Positions 1 to 9,703 of a stretch of 64,000 bases of DNA are shown piece by piece (within the stretch, counting starts at the first letter, position 1; every line of letters begins with the position of its first letter). The translations under genes and the position numbers were made by a program. The stretch lies in contig CBDETY010000003.1 of assembly GCA_965243025.1 (NCBI GenBank), positions 6,432,001-6,496,000 of the forward strand, read 5' to 3'. The notes under the pieces were generated by a model. The model made no database searches. It was not told where the DNA came from and saw only the letters and a list, made by a program, of their open reading frames with translations. Origin of the DNA: Candidatus Latescibacterota bacterium (GTDB lineage Bacteria > Latescibacterota > UBA2968 > UBA8231).

Positions 1-100
1 CCCCGACCCCGCTGTTCATCCCGCTCGTGTCGTTCGCTCGTGAAATTCACCCAGGCGAGTGCCGCAAACCCGCGCATCCAACCGCCGAGGAAAGGTTGAG

Positions 101-1327
101 ATGAAGATCACCGGCGTATCGTCAACGCTCTACCAGTTCACCCTGGCCCGCCGCATGGGGGACGCCAACTCACCGATGGGGCGCTCACGCGGCAGCGGTT
201 GCCTCATCGAGCTGCACACCGATACCGAACTGACTGGCATCGCGCCCGGCGGAACCGGCGCTTTGCCGGTCATCGACTCCCTCGTGGAGGGGATCCTCCT
301 CGGACAGGACCCCCGGCGCGTCACCGGCCTCTGGCAGCGGATGGTCGACAAACAGTTCAAGGGGGGTCACGACGGCATCGCCAACGACGCCATCTCGGCC
401 CTCGACATCGCCCTCTGGGACCTCAAGGCCAAGTACAACGACGAGCCCCTCTACAAAACCCTCGGCGGCGCCAGGCAACCCGTCAACGCCTACGCCAGCG
501 GTCTCGACATGCCCCTGTCCGATGACGAGCTCTTCAGCTTCTACCGCGGCATGGCCGAGAAATACGGCTTCAGGGACGGCAAGCTGAAGGTGGGCCTCGA
601 TCAGGACCGCGACCTGCGGCGCATCGGCATCATGAAGGACGCCCTCAGCATCGACACGGACGAACCGGGACTCATGGTCGACGCCAACGAATACTGGTCG
701 CCCAAGCAGGCCATCCGCAAAGTTCGGGAGATGGAAGACCGGTTCGACCTCATGTGGATCGAGGAGCCGGCCCGTCGTTGGGACTTTCTCGGCCTTCGCC
801 GGATCTGCGACGCCGTCCGCACCCCGGTCTGCGCCGGCGAGAACCTCGACACCCTCGGCGACTTCCTCCCCTATTTCCACAACCGGTCCGCGGACATCAT
901 CCAGGTCGGCTCGGGAATGACCGGCATCACCTGCGCTCTGCAGATCGCCGACGCCGCTTACGGCTTCAACCTCCCGGTAACGCTGGGCGGGTCGGCAGGC
1001 CATCACCACGCCCACCTCGCAACGGTCATCCCCAACTACGCGACCATCGAAGTCGCCAGCGCCGGATCCGAGGACGGCGTCCTGTTCCACGACATCACCT
1101 TCGAGAACGGCAAGGCGATCCTCGGCGACAAACCCGGTCTCGGCATCGAGATCGACCGCGAAGCCCTCGAAAAGGCCAGCGTAACCAGGATCCCGCCGGG
1201 GACCGGACCCAGCCCCCTGGGAAGGAGACCGGGGGCCGGCCTCTGGGAAGTGCCGCCGACCGAGGAAGAAACCGCCGAAGCCGCAAGAGGTACCGCCGGC
1301 CAGTCCGAAGGACGCCACGCTTACTGA
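101..1327 (+). CDS. Mandelate racemase/muconate lactonizing enzyme (enolase superfamily) protein
   Basis: Motifs SALDIALWDL, KLKVG, VDANE, WIEEP, GENL and PGLGIE; ATG at 101 follows AGGAAAGG. Confidence 0.9.
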   Translation: MKITGVSSTLYQFTLARRMGDANSPMGRSRGSGCLIELHTDTELTGIAPGGTGALPVIDSLVEGILLGQDPRRVTGLWQRMVDKQFKGGHDGIANDAISALDIALWDLKAKYNDEPLYKTLGGARQPVNAYASGLDMPLSDDELFSFYRGMAEKYGFRDGKLKVGLDQDRDLRRIGIMKDALSIDTDEPGLMVDANEYWSPKQAIRKVREMEDRFDLMWIEEPARRWDFLGLRRICDAVRTPVCAGENLDTLGDFLPYFHNRSADIIQVGSGMTGITCALQIADAAYGFNLPVTLGGSAGHHHAHLATVIPNYATIEVASAGSEDGVLFHDITFENGKAILGDKPGLGIEIDREALEKASVTRIPPGTGPSPLGRRPGAGLWEVPPTEEETAEAARGTAGQSEGRHAY

Positions 1328-1371
1328 GCCGCCGCTTCAGCAGCCGCAAAACACCCGAAGGACCTCCTGAA

Positions 1372-2547
1372 ATGAAAATCACCGGATACCGGGTCGAGAC
1401 CTACGAAATGAAGATGGACCGCCCCATCGGCGACGCCAACGGAGTGGTCGGGGACGACATCGCCGGCGGTTCCATCCTCTGGATCGAGACCGACGAGAAC
1501 ATCGCCGGCGTCGCGCCCGGAGGGAACGCTTCGGTCGGACGCCTCTTCCACCTCATCGAAGGGGAAGACCCGCGCGGCGTCATCGGCCTCTGGCAGCGCA
1601 TGGTCGACTTCGTTTTCAAAGGGGGCAACGAAGGGGAGATGAACGATGCCATCAGCGCCGTCGACACGGCGCTCTGGGACCTGAAAGCCAGGATCGCCGA
1701 CGAACCGCTGTGGCAGACATTCGGAGCCCGGGAAGGCCGCACCAAGGCCTACGCCAGCGGCATCGACCTCTGCCTCGGCGACGATGAAATCTTCGCCTTC
1801 TACCGCCGCATGGCGGAGCGGGGCATCGACTCCGGAAAGCTCAAGGTCGGACTCGACATGAAGGCCGACCTCCGGCGCCTCGGCATCATGAAGGAAGCCC
1901 TGAGCATCGCCAGCGACCGCCCGCGCCTGCTGATCGACAGCAACGAATACTGGTCCGCCAGGGAGGCCATCATCCGCATCCGGCGCATCGAGGAGGAATT
2001 CGACATCACATGGGCGGAGGAGCCTGCCCGGCGCTGGGACTTCGACGGTCTCCGCCAGGTCTCCCGGAACGTGAAAGCCGCCGTCGCCACCGGCGAGAAC
2101 CTCAACCACATCGGCGACTTCTACCCGCTCGTTTCCCGGCAGTCCGCAGATGTCGTCAACGTAACCGGCGGACACAGCGGTTTCACCGGCTGCAGGCAGG
2201 TCGCCAACCTCTGCTACGCGTACGAACTGCCCGTCACCATGATGAACTGCCAAGCCAACTACGCCGCCCACCTCGCCGCCGCCCTGCCGAACCACATGAT
2301 GATGGAGGTGGTAGACCCCGGCCGCGAACACTGCATCGACTTCAACCACACGATCGAAGACGGATTCATCCAGCTCTCCGACGAACCGGGCCTGGGAATC
2401 ACCATCGACGAAGAAGCCCTGGCCCGGCTCCAGGCCGATCCCCCCGAACCCGAACGCCCCCGCCGCAACCCCTTTCCCCGCCGCGAAGGGGCCGGCCGTT
2501 TCGTCGTGCCGCCAACCAGGGAAGAAGCGCCCTGGCTGGTGGACTGA
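1372..2547 (+). CDS. Second tandem MR/MLE-family protein
   Basis: MKITG start; motifs AVDTALWDL, KLKVG, IDSNE, WAEEP, GENL; colinear paralog of the upstream gene. Confidence 0.9.
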   Translation: MKITGYRVETYEMKMDRPIGDANGVVGDDIAGGSILWIETDENIAGVAPGGNASVGRLFHLIEGEDPRGVIGLWQRMVDFVFKGGNEGEMNDAISAVDTALWDLKARIADEPLWQTFGAREGRTKAYASGIDLCLGDDEIFAFYRRMAERGIDSGKLKVGLDMKADLRRLGIMKEALSIASDRPRLLIDSNEYWSAREAIIRIRRIEEEFDITWAEEPARRWDFDGLRQVSRNVKAAVATGENLNHIGDFYPLVSRQSADVVNVTGGHSGFTGCRQVANLCYAYELPVTMMNCQANYAAHLAAALPNHMMMEVVDPGREHCIDFNHTIEDGFIQLSDEPGLGITIDEEALARLQADPPEPERPRRNPFPRREGAGRFVVPPTREEAPWLVD

Positions 2548-2593
2548 TCCGACGGGGCATGCCGGGTCGAGGCCTGACCGCGGGAAAACCCTT

Positions 2594-3520
2594 GTGATTG
2601 CCTCGCCCCATCGCCGCGGTTCGAGCCCCGCTCTAGCGGAGACTTCCATCAGCGGTTCGATCACATTGCGGGGGATGGCCGACACGGACCTGCCGTTCGC
2701 GGACCGCGTCCGCGGCAGCGCCGGCTGGAACCAGTCTCTTCAGGATTGGCGGCGGCTGCTGCAGCACGACCCCGGCGGCTGTTTCGTCGCCGAGTGGAAC
2801 GGCAGGCCGGCCGGCACGGCGACGACCACGATCTACTCGCAGGACCTCGCGTGGATAGGCATGGTTCTCGTCGATCCCGCCATGCGGCGGCGCGGGATCG
2901 GCACGGCCCTGCTCGCGCGCTGTATCGAGCACCTGCGGCGGTCCGGGGTGGGCTGCATCAAGCTGGACGCCACTCCGATGGGCCGGCAGGTCTATGATCA
3001 GCTCGGGTTCGTCGCGGAATGGAGCCTTTCCCGGTGGGAGACAGCGAAGCTCGCATCCTGTCCGCCGCGGAGCGGCGCGTCAGCCGCTCCAACCCCGGGT
3101 CCGCTGGACCCGGGCGGCATCGGCTGCGTCGAGGATCTCGACGCATCGGCGTTCGGCGCTGGCCGCAACCGGATGCTGTCGATGCTGGCTGAGCAGTCGC
3201 GGGCGCGTGTCCTCGCGGACGGGGCCGGGCGGACGGTCGGGTACGGCATGCTGCGGCCCGGCAGGCGCGCGCACTACCTCGGACCGATGGTCGCTGAAGA
3301 CGAGTCGAGCGGCATCGCCCTGGCCGACGACCTGCTGGGCGGCATTCCCGGCCATCCCCTGTACTGGGACATTCCCGACGCGAATCGAGCGGCGATCGGC
3401 GTCGCTCGCGGTCGCGGAATGCATCGCCAGCGCAGCCTGACGCGGATGTATCTCGGCGAGAACACCCGGCCCGGCAGGCCGGCGTCGCTGTGGGCGATCG
3501 CCGCTCCGGAAATCGGCTAG
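2594..3520 (+). CDS. GNAT N-acetyltransferase (YitH-like, two-domain)
   Basis: Acetyl-CoA motif VLVDPAMRRRGIG, LDATPMGRQVY and C-terminal LGP; start codon uncertain. Confidence 0.85.
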   Translation: MIASPHRRGSSPALAETSISGSITLRGMADTDLPFADRVRGSAGWNQSLQDWRRLLQHDPGGCFVAEWNGRPAGTATTTIYSQDLAWIGMVLVDPAMRRRGIGTALLARCIEHLRRSGVGCIKLDATPMGRQVYDQLGFVAEWSLSRWETAKLASCPPRSGASAAPTPGPLDPGGIGCVEDLDASAFGAGRNRMLSMLAEQSRARVLADGAGRTVGYGMLRPGRRAHYLGPMVAEDESSGIALADDLLGGIPGHPLYWDIPDANRAAIGVARGRGMHRQRSLTRMYLGENTRPGRPASLWAIAAPEIG

Positions 3521-3615
3521 CCCATGCGCGCGAAATCAAGCGTGCGAACGGCAACCCGGCGGGCCGGGATGAAGCGGCGGCCGCATTCGCGCGGAGTTGC
3601 AGGGACCAGATCGCG

Positions 3616-5232
3616 ATGAGCGCACCGTACGACGGCATCATCCTGGGGACGGGCCACAACGCCCTCGTGCTGCAGGCCTACCTGTCGCGCTGCGGGCTCA
3701 GGACCCTGTCTCTCGAACGATGGGACGTGCCCGGCGGCGGGCTGGCGACGATCGAGAACCCGCGCGTCCCCGGAGTGATGCACAATCCGCACTCGTTCTA
3801 CCACCGCGCCCTGAACCGGATGCCGTGGTACGACGACCTGGAGCTGGCCGCCCGCGGCGTCCGCTACATCGAGCCGGAGCTGAACGTGGCGCTGCTGACC
3901 GGCGAGGGGCGCAGCCTCAAGTGGTGGACGGATTTCGAGCGCACCCGGGCGTCGTTCCACGAGTGGTCGCCGGCCGATGGGGACGCGCTCGCGAGACTGG
4001 TCGACGAGTTCCGTCCGATCGTCGAGCACATCCTGGTCCCGGAGTCGCGGTCACCGCCCCTGGAGCCGTCGCTGCGGCGGCGCATTCTGGGGCAGTCGAG
4101 CATGGGCCGCCGCCTGCTGGAGGTGTCCGCCCTTTCTCCCCTGGAATTCGTCACCCGCAACTTCTCGCACAACGTGGTCCGGGCGGGCCTGCTGTTCTTC
4201 AACGGATTGCGGGAGGTCGACCTGCGCATGAAGGGGTTCGGGCATTCGATTCCGGCACTGCTGGCGTCCCCGGGCAAGGCGCAGATGTGCGCCGGGGGAT
4301 CCGCCCGGCTCGCCCGCGGCCTCGTGGAGGACATCGAAGCGCACGGGGGCGAGATCCGCTGCGGCGCGCGTATCCAGCGGATGCTCGTCAGCCACGGCAG
4401 GGTCGGTGAGGTGGAGCTGGATGACGGCGAGCGGCTGCAGGCGGCGCGCTTCGTGGCCTCGGGCCTCAATCCCCAGCAGACGTTCCTGCAACTGCTGGCC
4501 GAAGCGGATGCCGGTCCCGCCCTGAGAAGGAGCGCGCGGGGCTTCCGCTACAACGCGGTCGCGCCGCTGTTCGGCCTGCACCTGGCCCTGTCGGAACCGC
4601 CCTCCTACAGCGCCGCGGCCGCGGACCCGGAGCTGCGAAACGCCTTCATGGTGATTCTCGGCCTGGAGCGTTTCGACCAGTTTCACGACATCGTCGATGC
4701 CCACGTGCGCGGCCGGATTCCGCCGACCGTGGCCTGGGGATCGTGCCACACCCAGTTCGATCCCAGCCAGGCCGGGCAGGGCAGGCACGCGGCGTTCCTG
4801 TGGGAGAAGGTCCCCTACCACCTGGGCGGGGACGCGTCCAACTGGAAGGCGCAACGCGACGCGCACGGCGAACGGCTGCTCCGGTTCTGGCGGGGATACG
4901 CGCCGAACCTCCGTGACGACGCGATCCTCGACCGGTTTGCGCTCAGTCCGTCGGACACCGTCGACCGGCTGCCGAACATGTCGCAGGGGGACCTGCTGGT
5001 CGGCTCGTTCGCCAACAACCAGGTGGGCTACAACCGCCCGTTCCCGGGAGCCGGCTGCTATCGCACCCCGCTGGAGGGTCTGTACCTGTGCGGCGGCTCC
5101 ACGCATCCGGGGGGGAACGTGACCGGGCTGTGCGGCTACAACGCCGCCTCGGTGATCGCCGCGGACCTCGGAGTCGGGCGGTGGTGGAATCCACCGGACC
5201 TTATGGAAGAACTGGCTGGTCTGCGCGGGTAG
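3616..5232 (+). CDS. Phytoene desaturase-like / PYROXD2-like FAD-dependent oxidoreductase
   Basis: N-terminal GTGHNAL dinucleotide motif; C-terminal YRTPLEGLYLCGGSTHPGGNVTG. Confidence 0.88.
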   Translation: MSAPYDGIILGTGHNALVLQAYLSRCGLRTLSLERWDVPGGGLATIENPRVPGVMHNPHSFYHRALNRMPWYDDLELAARGVRYIEPELNVALLTGEGRSLKWWTDFERTRASFHEWSPADGDALARLVDEFRPIVEHILVPESRSPPLEPSLRRRILGQSSMGRRLLEVSALSPLEFVTRNFSHNVVRAGLLFFNGLREVDLRMKGFGHSIPALLASPGKAQMCAGGSARLARGLVEDIEAHGGEIRCGARIQRMLVSHGRVGEVELDDGERLQAARFVASGLNPQQTFLQLLAEADAGPALRRSARGFRYNAVAPLFGLHLALSEPPSYSAAAADPELRNAFMVILGLERFDQFHDIVDAHVRGRIPPTVAWGSCHTQFDPSQAGQGRHAAFLWEKVPYHLGGDASNWKAQRDAHGERLLRFWRGYAPNLRDDAILDRFALSPSDTVDRLPNMSQGDLLVGSFANNQVGYNRPFPGAGCYRTPLEGLYLCGGSTHPGGNVTGLCGYNAASVIAADLGVGRWWNPPDLMEELAGLRG

Positions 5233-5273
5233 TGCCCTGCGCTCGTTACCAGGCGTACGAACGAGGGCGCGAA

Positions 5274-5353
5274 GCGCCCGGCTCGCAAGGCGCCTGAGCC
5301 AGTGTCTCGTCGCAGAGATAGATTGGCATAATCGGGATGCCGAGGCGCCCGGC
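5274..5353 (+). repeat. Intergenic repeat family 1, left copy (block B then block A)
   Basis: 5298-5353 matches 7482-7537 at 48/56 ungapped; 5274-5299 matches 7529-7554 at 25/26. Confidence 0.85.
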
Positions 5354-5444
5354 GCGAGCCGCTCCTGGCGCCATGGGCTCTCTGCGCCGCCGCCGATCCG
5401 GTCCTTCATCTGCAAGGGCTGCCGGCGCCCGTCTAACCGGTCGT

Positions 5445-7256
5445 CTACCCGTTGGTCTGGTAATAGCGCGGATCGCCGCTCCGGTCGCCGACCCATTTGA
5501 AGTTCAGGACGCGGAAGTAGTCGTCCCCCTTGCCGCCTTCCCGCCAATCGTTCAATGCTTCCCGGTGTCCGAGCCGTTTCATCATCGCCCATTCGGAGAT
5601 TCGGAACACGCGGGCATAAGTGTCCCACAAGGTGAGGCCGTCACATCCCAGTTCAAACAAAGTCTGCGCGGAGTACAGGGAGGCGGCCGGCGCCTGACGG
5701 CGGGGATAGAGATCCGGGTACAATTTCACTGGTGTGTCCTTGACCAGTTCCACCATGGGTCGAATCCATTCTGCGGCGTTCATCGCAAAAGTCGGGTGGG
5801 GCATCAGGTAGTCTACCAGGCCCTCTCTCACCAGGGTCTCGACATCGACCCCCCATGCCATGTTGCTCTGCATGACCTCGCTGAGATTGTATTTCCCGGC
5901 GCCCCCTGCGACCTCGGGCCTGGAAGCCGGATCGACTCCCGGTGCCCGAAGGGGGCTTTCCATCGTCGAGGTGACGTTGTAGGCGATTTCGAGTTTCACC
6001 CCCCTTTTGCGGCCGACCGCATCGACAGCCGCCCTGAGCTCGCGGGCGAACCGGGTGACAAAGGTGGACAACACCCCCCAGAAACGCGGGTCGTCGTCCG
6101 GGCACTCGCGCGGGTCTTCTCCGTATTCCTCGCGAAACCGCTGAATAACCGGATCCTCGTAAAACACAAAGGGCTGGGAGCGGCAGAAAATCACGTGAAC
6201 CCCGTCAAAGCCGTATTCCAGCGCCTCGCACAGGAGAGAGATCCACAGATGCCGGACTTCGGGGAAAGCGAGGCTGAGATGCGCTATCCCTCTACCCTGC
6301 TTGTCCTTGCAACGAAATTCCGGGTGCTGTTCATGGAAACTCCCTTTCTCCATTTCCAGCGGCAACGCTTTCGGCCCGTTGAAACGGAGACTTGGGAAGA
6401 TGCGTATGCCAAGATCGTGAGCGGCCTGCACAACCTCGGTCATGAAGTCGATGCCCTGTTTCTCCAACTTTCCAAGCGTCCGGTCCCAGCGTTCGTAAGC
6501 GGCAAAGCGGTCAAAGGGATTGTCGCTGTCATTCAGTGTGCGGCCGATACGGCTGCGATAGGTGCAGTTTTCCCCCTTGAAGGTCGCCCACAGCATGATG
6601 TCCACGTCGCTGTCCCGGTACGGCTCGAGCTGCGCCCGGATGTCCTCCTTCGTGCGAAGGTCGGAGAAAATACCGGCATCGTTCATCGCGATCAGGCGCC
6701 TGGTATCCTTCCGGGGCAGCTCCCGGCGGTATTCCTCCACTTCCGCCTCTGAAAGGGGTACGAGACGCAGATGTACCAAGCTGCTGTACATCTTGTCGTA
6801 GCTGCTGTCGCGGCCGCTTTCGTTGAAACGACTGATGACGAGGTCAACCCCGGTGAGGTCGGCAACCTTCCAGAAAGCCTCGGAAACCTGGTAATCCGAG
6901 AACGCCTTTGTCGTGTGGCTCCACCCCAATTCCGGCGGGATGCCGTTGAGGTCCTTCCCGTTCTGCGTCTCTGCTCTCACAAGGGTGTACGCCGGGTCAC
7001 CAGTCAAACGGAGGCGCACGTGAACGTCCCCGAACTGGCCGGGGTAATGGACGCCCACATGAATCGCGTGGAAACCCTCACGGTTCAAGGGCAATGTCAA
7101 CGGTCCTGAATCCATGCCCGGGCCGGAATAAACCATCGTGCCGGGGAATTCTTCGGTCTCGTAGTCGATCAGCCGCCAGGTGCCGTGCCGGTAGTCCCGG
7201 TCGAGACGGTGGGCTGGCTGACACCGACTCAGATCTGAAACAATCACATCTTTCAT
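5445..7256 (-). CDS. Hypothetical protein with a GHL10-like (family 10 glycosyl hydrolase-like) TIM barrel
   Basis: VVQAAHDLGIRIFPSLRFN, HPEFR, LSLAFPEVR, EYGFDGV, FREEYGEDP; start set at MKDVIV. Confidence 0.7.
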   Translation of the reverse strand: MKDVIVSDLSRCQPAHRLDRDYRHGTWRLIDYETEEFPGTMVYSGPGMDSGPLTLPLNREGFHAIHVGVHYPGQFGDVHVRLRLTGDPAYTLVRAETQNGKDLNGIPPELGWSHTTKAFSDYQVSEAFWKVADLTGVDLVISRFNESGRDSSYDKMYSSLVHLRLVPLSEAEVEEYRRELPRKDTRRLIAMNDAGIFSDLRTKEDIRAQLEPYRDSDVDIMLWATFKGENCTYRSRIGRTLNDSDNPFDRFAAYERWDRTLGKLEKQGIDFMTEVVQAAHDLGIRIFPSLRFNGPKALPLEMEKGSFHEQHPEFRCKDKQGRGIAHLSLAFPEVRHLWISLLCEALEYGFDGVHVIFCRSQPFVFYEDPVIQRFREEYGEDPRECPDDDPRFWGVLSTFVTRFARELRAAVDAVGRKRGVKLEIAYNVTSTMESPLRAPGVDPASRPEVAGGAGKYNLSEVMQSNMAWGVDVETLVREGLVDYLMPHPTFAMNAAEWIRPMVELVKDTPVKLYPDLYPRRQAPAASLYSAQTLFELGCDGLTLWDTYARVFRISEWAMMKRLGHREALNDWREGGKGDDYFRVLNFKWVGDRSGDPRYYQTNG

Positions 7257-7481
7257 TTCAGGGTCCTTCTTCTGGAAAGGATGGCAATGAAGGGCGGAAT
7301 CCCTTGACGGTCGAATCGGCAGCTGACTTGTGAAGCCGGATCGTGGCCGACGCCTCGAAGCCGAAGGGAGGCAGCAGCCGGCGGGCCCGTGAAGGCGGAT
7401 TCCGCCGGGAGACCTGCCGTGGACGAGGCGAGGAATTTCCTGGTGTTGAAAGGGGGGAAGGGCGTGCCGCCACCCCCGCTC

Positions 7482-7554
7482 GCCAGTGTCCCGTCGAAGA
7501 GATAGATCGACGAAACCGGGATGCCGGGGCGCCCGGCTCACAAGGCGCCTGAGC
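7482..7554 (+). repeat. Intergenic repeat family 1, right copy (block A then block B)
   Basis: Direct-orientation match to 5274-5353. Confidence 0.85.
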
Positions 7555-7653
7555 GAGTCCTGTCGGGGGTGAAGCTGTCGGGATCCTCTCCCGGGACTGA
7601 GTGCGAGCCGGCAAGCCTGGGCGCGGTGTCTCCAGTCCTGCCCCCGGCAGGCG

Positions 7654-8553
7654 TCACCCCGCGGCCTCGGCCCTCTCTCCGGCGGCGTCCAGGCGCCGTT
7701 TGGCCTCGGCATAGGTCTCGGGAGAGAGAGGTCCCTTCGAGATGCCGGCGAGGTTTTCTTCGAGGTGATCGACGCGGGTCGTTCCCACGATGTTGGTGTC
7801 GGAGTGAGGGTGGGTGAGGGTGTAGCGCAGCAGGAACGAAGTGCGGCTCTCCTCCTCGACCAGCTCGTCGAGACGGGCGGCCTCGAACAGTTTCCACTTG
7901 TCCGCGCGCCTGCCTTTCGGGGCCGAAACGGGCTCACCCTGGGCAACCCCGCCGCGGATGACGATGCCGGTTCCCGCCTGCGAAGCCCTGGTGATCCACT
8001 CTTCGTGTTCCCGCTCCAGGGCCGAGTAGGGGATCTGGAACACGTCGAACGCCCCCCACTCGAGGAAGGCCGGCAGGTGCGGCAGGGTCGTCGACACGCC
8101 GATCCAGCGCACCTTGCCCTGCTCGCGCATATCCTCCAGCACCCTCACCAGATCGCCGGTCTCGCACTCCTCCACCGAGGGATTGTGGTACTGCATCAGG
8201 TCGACGTAATCCGTGCGCAGCCGTCCCAGGCTTTCGTGCAGCCCCCTGAAGGCGTTTTCCCGCGTCCAGATGTGGTCGCCGCCGCCGGGAGGGCATCCGC
8301 ACTTGGTGGCCAGGTAGAACTCGGAGCGGCGTCCCGAGAGGTGCCTGCCGATCTGCTCTTCGGCCGGCCTCGCCCAGTGCAGGCCGTAGTCGTTGGCGGT
8401 ATCCAGGAAATTGATTCCCGAGTCCAGCACCGTGTTCAGCAGGACGCCCCAGCGGTCGTCGTCGAGGCCGCTTCGCAGCGCGGTGCCGAACCCGAGGCGG
8501 GTGACTTCCAGGCCGGTGCGCCCGAGCTTCGCGGTTGGAATGGGTGGTGCCAT
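7654..8553 (-). CDS. Aldo/keto reductase
   Basis: LGRTGLEVTRLGFG, DTANDYG, ATKCG, SLGRLRTDYVDL, GKVRWIGVS. Confidence 0.92.
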   Translation of the reverse strand: MAPPIPTAKLGRTGLEVTRLGFGTALRSGLDDDRWGVLLNTVLDSGINFLDTANDYGLHWARPAEEQIGRHLSGRRSEFYLATKCGCPPGGGDHIWTRENAFRGLHESLGRLRTDYVDLMQYHNPSVEECETGDLVRVLEDMREQGKVRWIGVSTTLPHLPAFLEWGAFDVFQIPYSALEREHEEWITRASQAGTGIVIRGGVAQGEPVSAPKGRRADKWKLFEAARLDELVEEESRTSFLLRYTLTHPHSDTNIVGTTRVDHLEENLAGISKGPLSPETYAEAKRRLDAAGERAEAAG

Positions 8554-8776
8554 GTCGTCTCCTCTGTCAGCGGGCAGGTTACCGCGTGTGATGAACAGGA
8601 CCGGAGCAGGTCATCTCAGCGGACGGTACGCCACTGACTCGAACTACAGCATGTCGTGCACACGAACCGGCGCCGCATCAGCATGATCCCCTTTCTGCTC
8701 TTGCCTCTCGGGTATCGTCTGAAATGTCGGAGTACAGGGCAAGGCCCGGACCGGGGCGGGCTCGAGCGCTTCGCTT

Positions 8777-8836
8777 TGCGGCCATCGCCCTGGGTGGGCG
8801 GACCTTCGGTGCGGGGACAAGCGATTCATCAGAGGC
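8777..8836 (+). repeat. Intergenic repeat family 2, left copy
   Basis: 51/60 ungapped identity with 11535-11594, same orientation. Confidence 0.85.
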
Positions 8837-8904
8837 AGGGACCCCGTTGGTCCTTGCGCATGTTCTGAACGAACTGCAAGGTACCGTTTTCGCTGCCGCC
8901 ACCC

Positions 8905-9696
8905 ATGCGCCTGTACACCTGCCTGCTGAAGCTCCAGCTGCTCAACGCACTGGCCTACCGCTTCGAGTACCTGTCCTCGATCGGACGGAACCTGTTCTTC
9001 CTCCTCGGTTCCGTCTTCCTCTGGCGCACCGCGTATCGCGGGATCGACCAGGTCGCCGGAGTCACCGAGGCGCAGATGGTCACCTATGCCGTCGTCGCCG
9101 TGCTGATGAACGCATGCTTCATCGTCAGCATCGACAACCTGCTCTTCGGCAAGATCCGCGCAGGCGAGATCGCCCTCGACCTGATACGGCCGGTGAACCT
9201 CGTCTGGTACTGGTTGACCGAAGATGTGGGGCGTTCGCTGGCGGCGGTCACGCAGTTCGCCCTGCCCCTGCTGGCCGTCTCCCTCCTCTTCGTTGCTCCG
9301 CCCCTGCCGGCAGGGGTTGGGGCTTGGGTGCTGTTCCTGCCGAGCTGTGCGCTGAGCTTCCTGCTGCTGTGGCAGTTGAGCGTCCTGGTGGGAATGACGG
9401 CTTTCTGGGTCACCGACTTCGGGGACGTGAGCGCGGTGAAGACCAGCCTCGTCTTCGCCCTGTCGGGCCGGCTGGTGCCGATGTGGCTGTTCCCCGACTT
9501 CATCGCCGATGCATCGCGGTGGCTGCCCTTCCAGTACATGTTCCAGGTGCCCCTGGAGATCTACATCGGCCGCGTCTCCGGCCAGGAGGTCGTCCACATC
9601 CTCTCCGCGCAGGCCGTCTGGGTCGCGGTCTTCGCCCTGCTCACAGGGTTCGTCTGGAGGCGCGCCCAGCGGCGGGTCTTCGTGCAGGGAGGATAG
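8905..9696 (+). CDS. ABC-2 family permease (DUF990-type)
   Basis: Multiple TM helices; GEIALDLIRP, LSGRLVP, WLPFQY, C-terminal VQGG. Confidence 0.88.
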   Translation: MRLYTCLLKLQLLNALAYRFEYLSSIGRNLFFLLGSVFLWRTAYRGIDQVAGVTEAQMVTYAVVAVLMNACFIVSIDNLLFGKIRAGEIALDLIRPVNLVWYWLTEDVGRSLAAVTQFALPLLAVSLLFVAPPLPAGVGAWVLFLPSCALSFLLLWQLSVLVGMTAFWVTDFGDVSAVKTSLVFALSGRLVPMWLFPDFIADASRWLPFQYMFQVPLEIYIGRVSGQEVVHILSAQAVWVAVFALLTGFVWRRAQRRVFVQGG

Positions 9697-9703
9697 GCAG
9701 CCG

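Noticed and set aside
2610-2640. GGTTCGAGCCCC resembling a tRNA T-arm
   Set aside because: The T-stem does not pair properly and no D-arm, anticodon arm or acceptor stem can be built
7400-7420. gccgggagacctgcc resembling the 3' end of a cobalamin riboswitch
   Set aside because: The upstream CCCGCAACTGT/GCCACTG/GGGAAG elements are missing and both neighbouring genes are on the opposite strand
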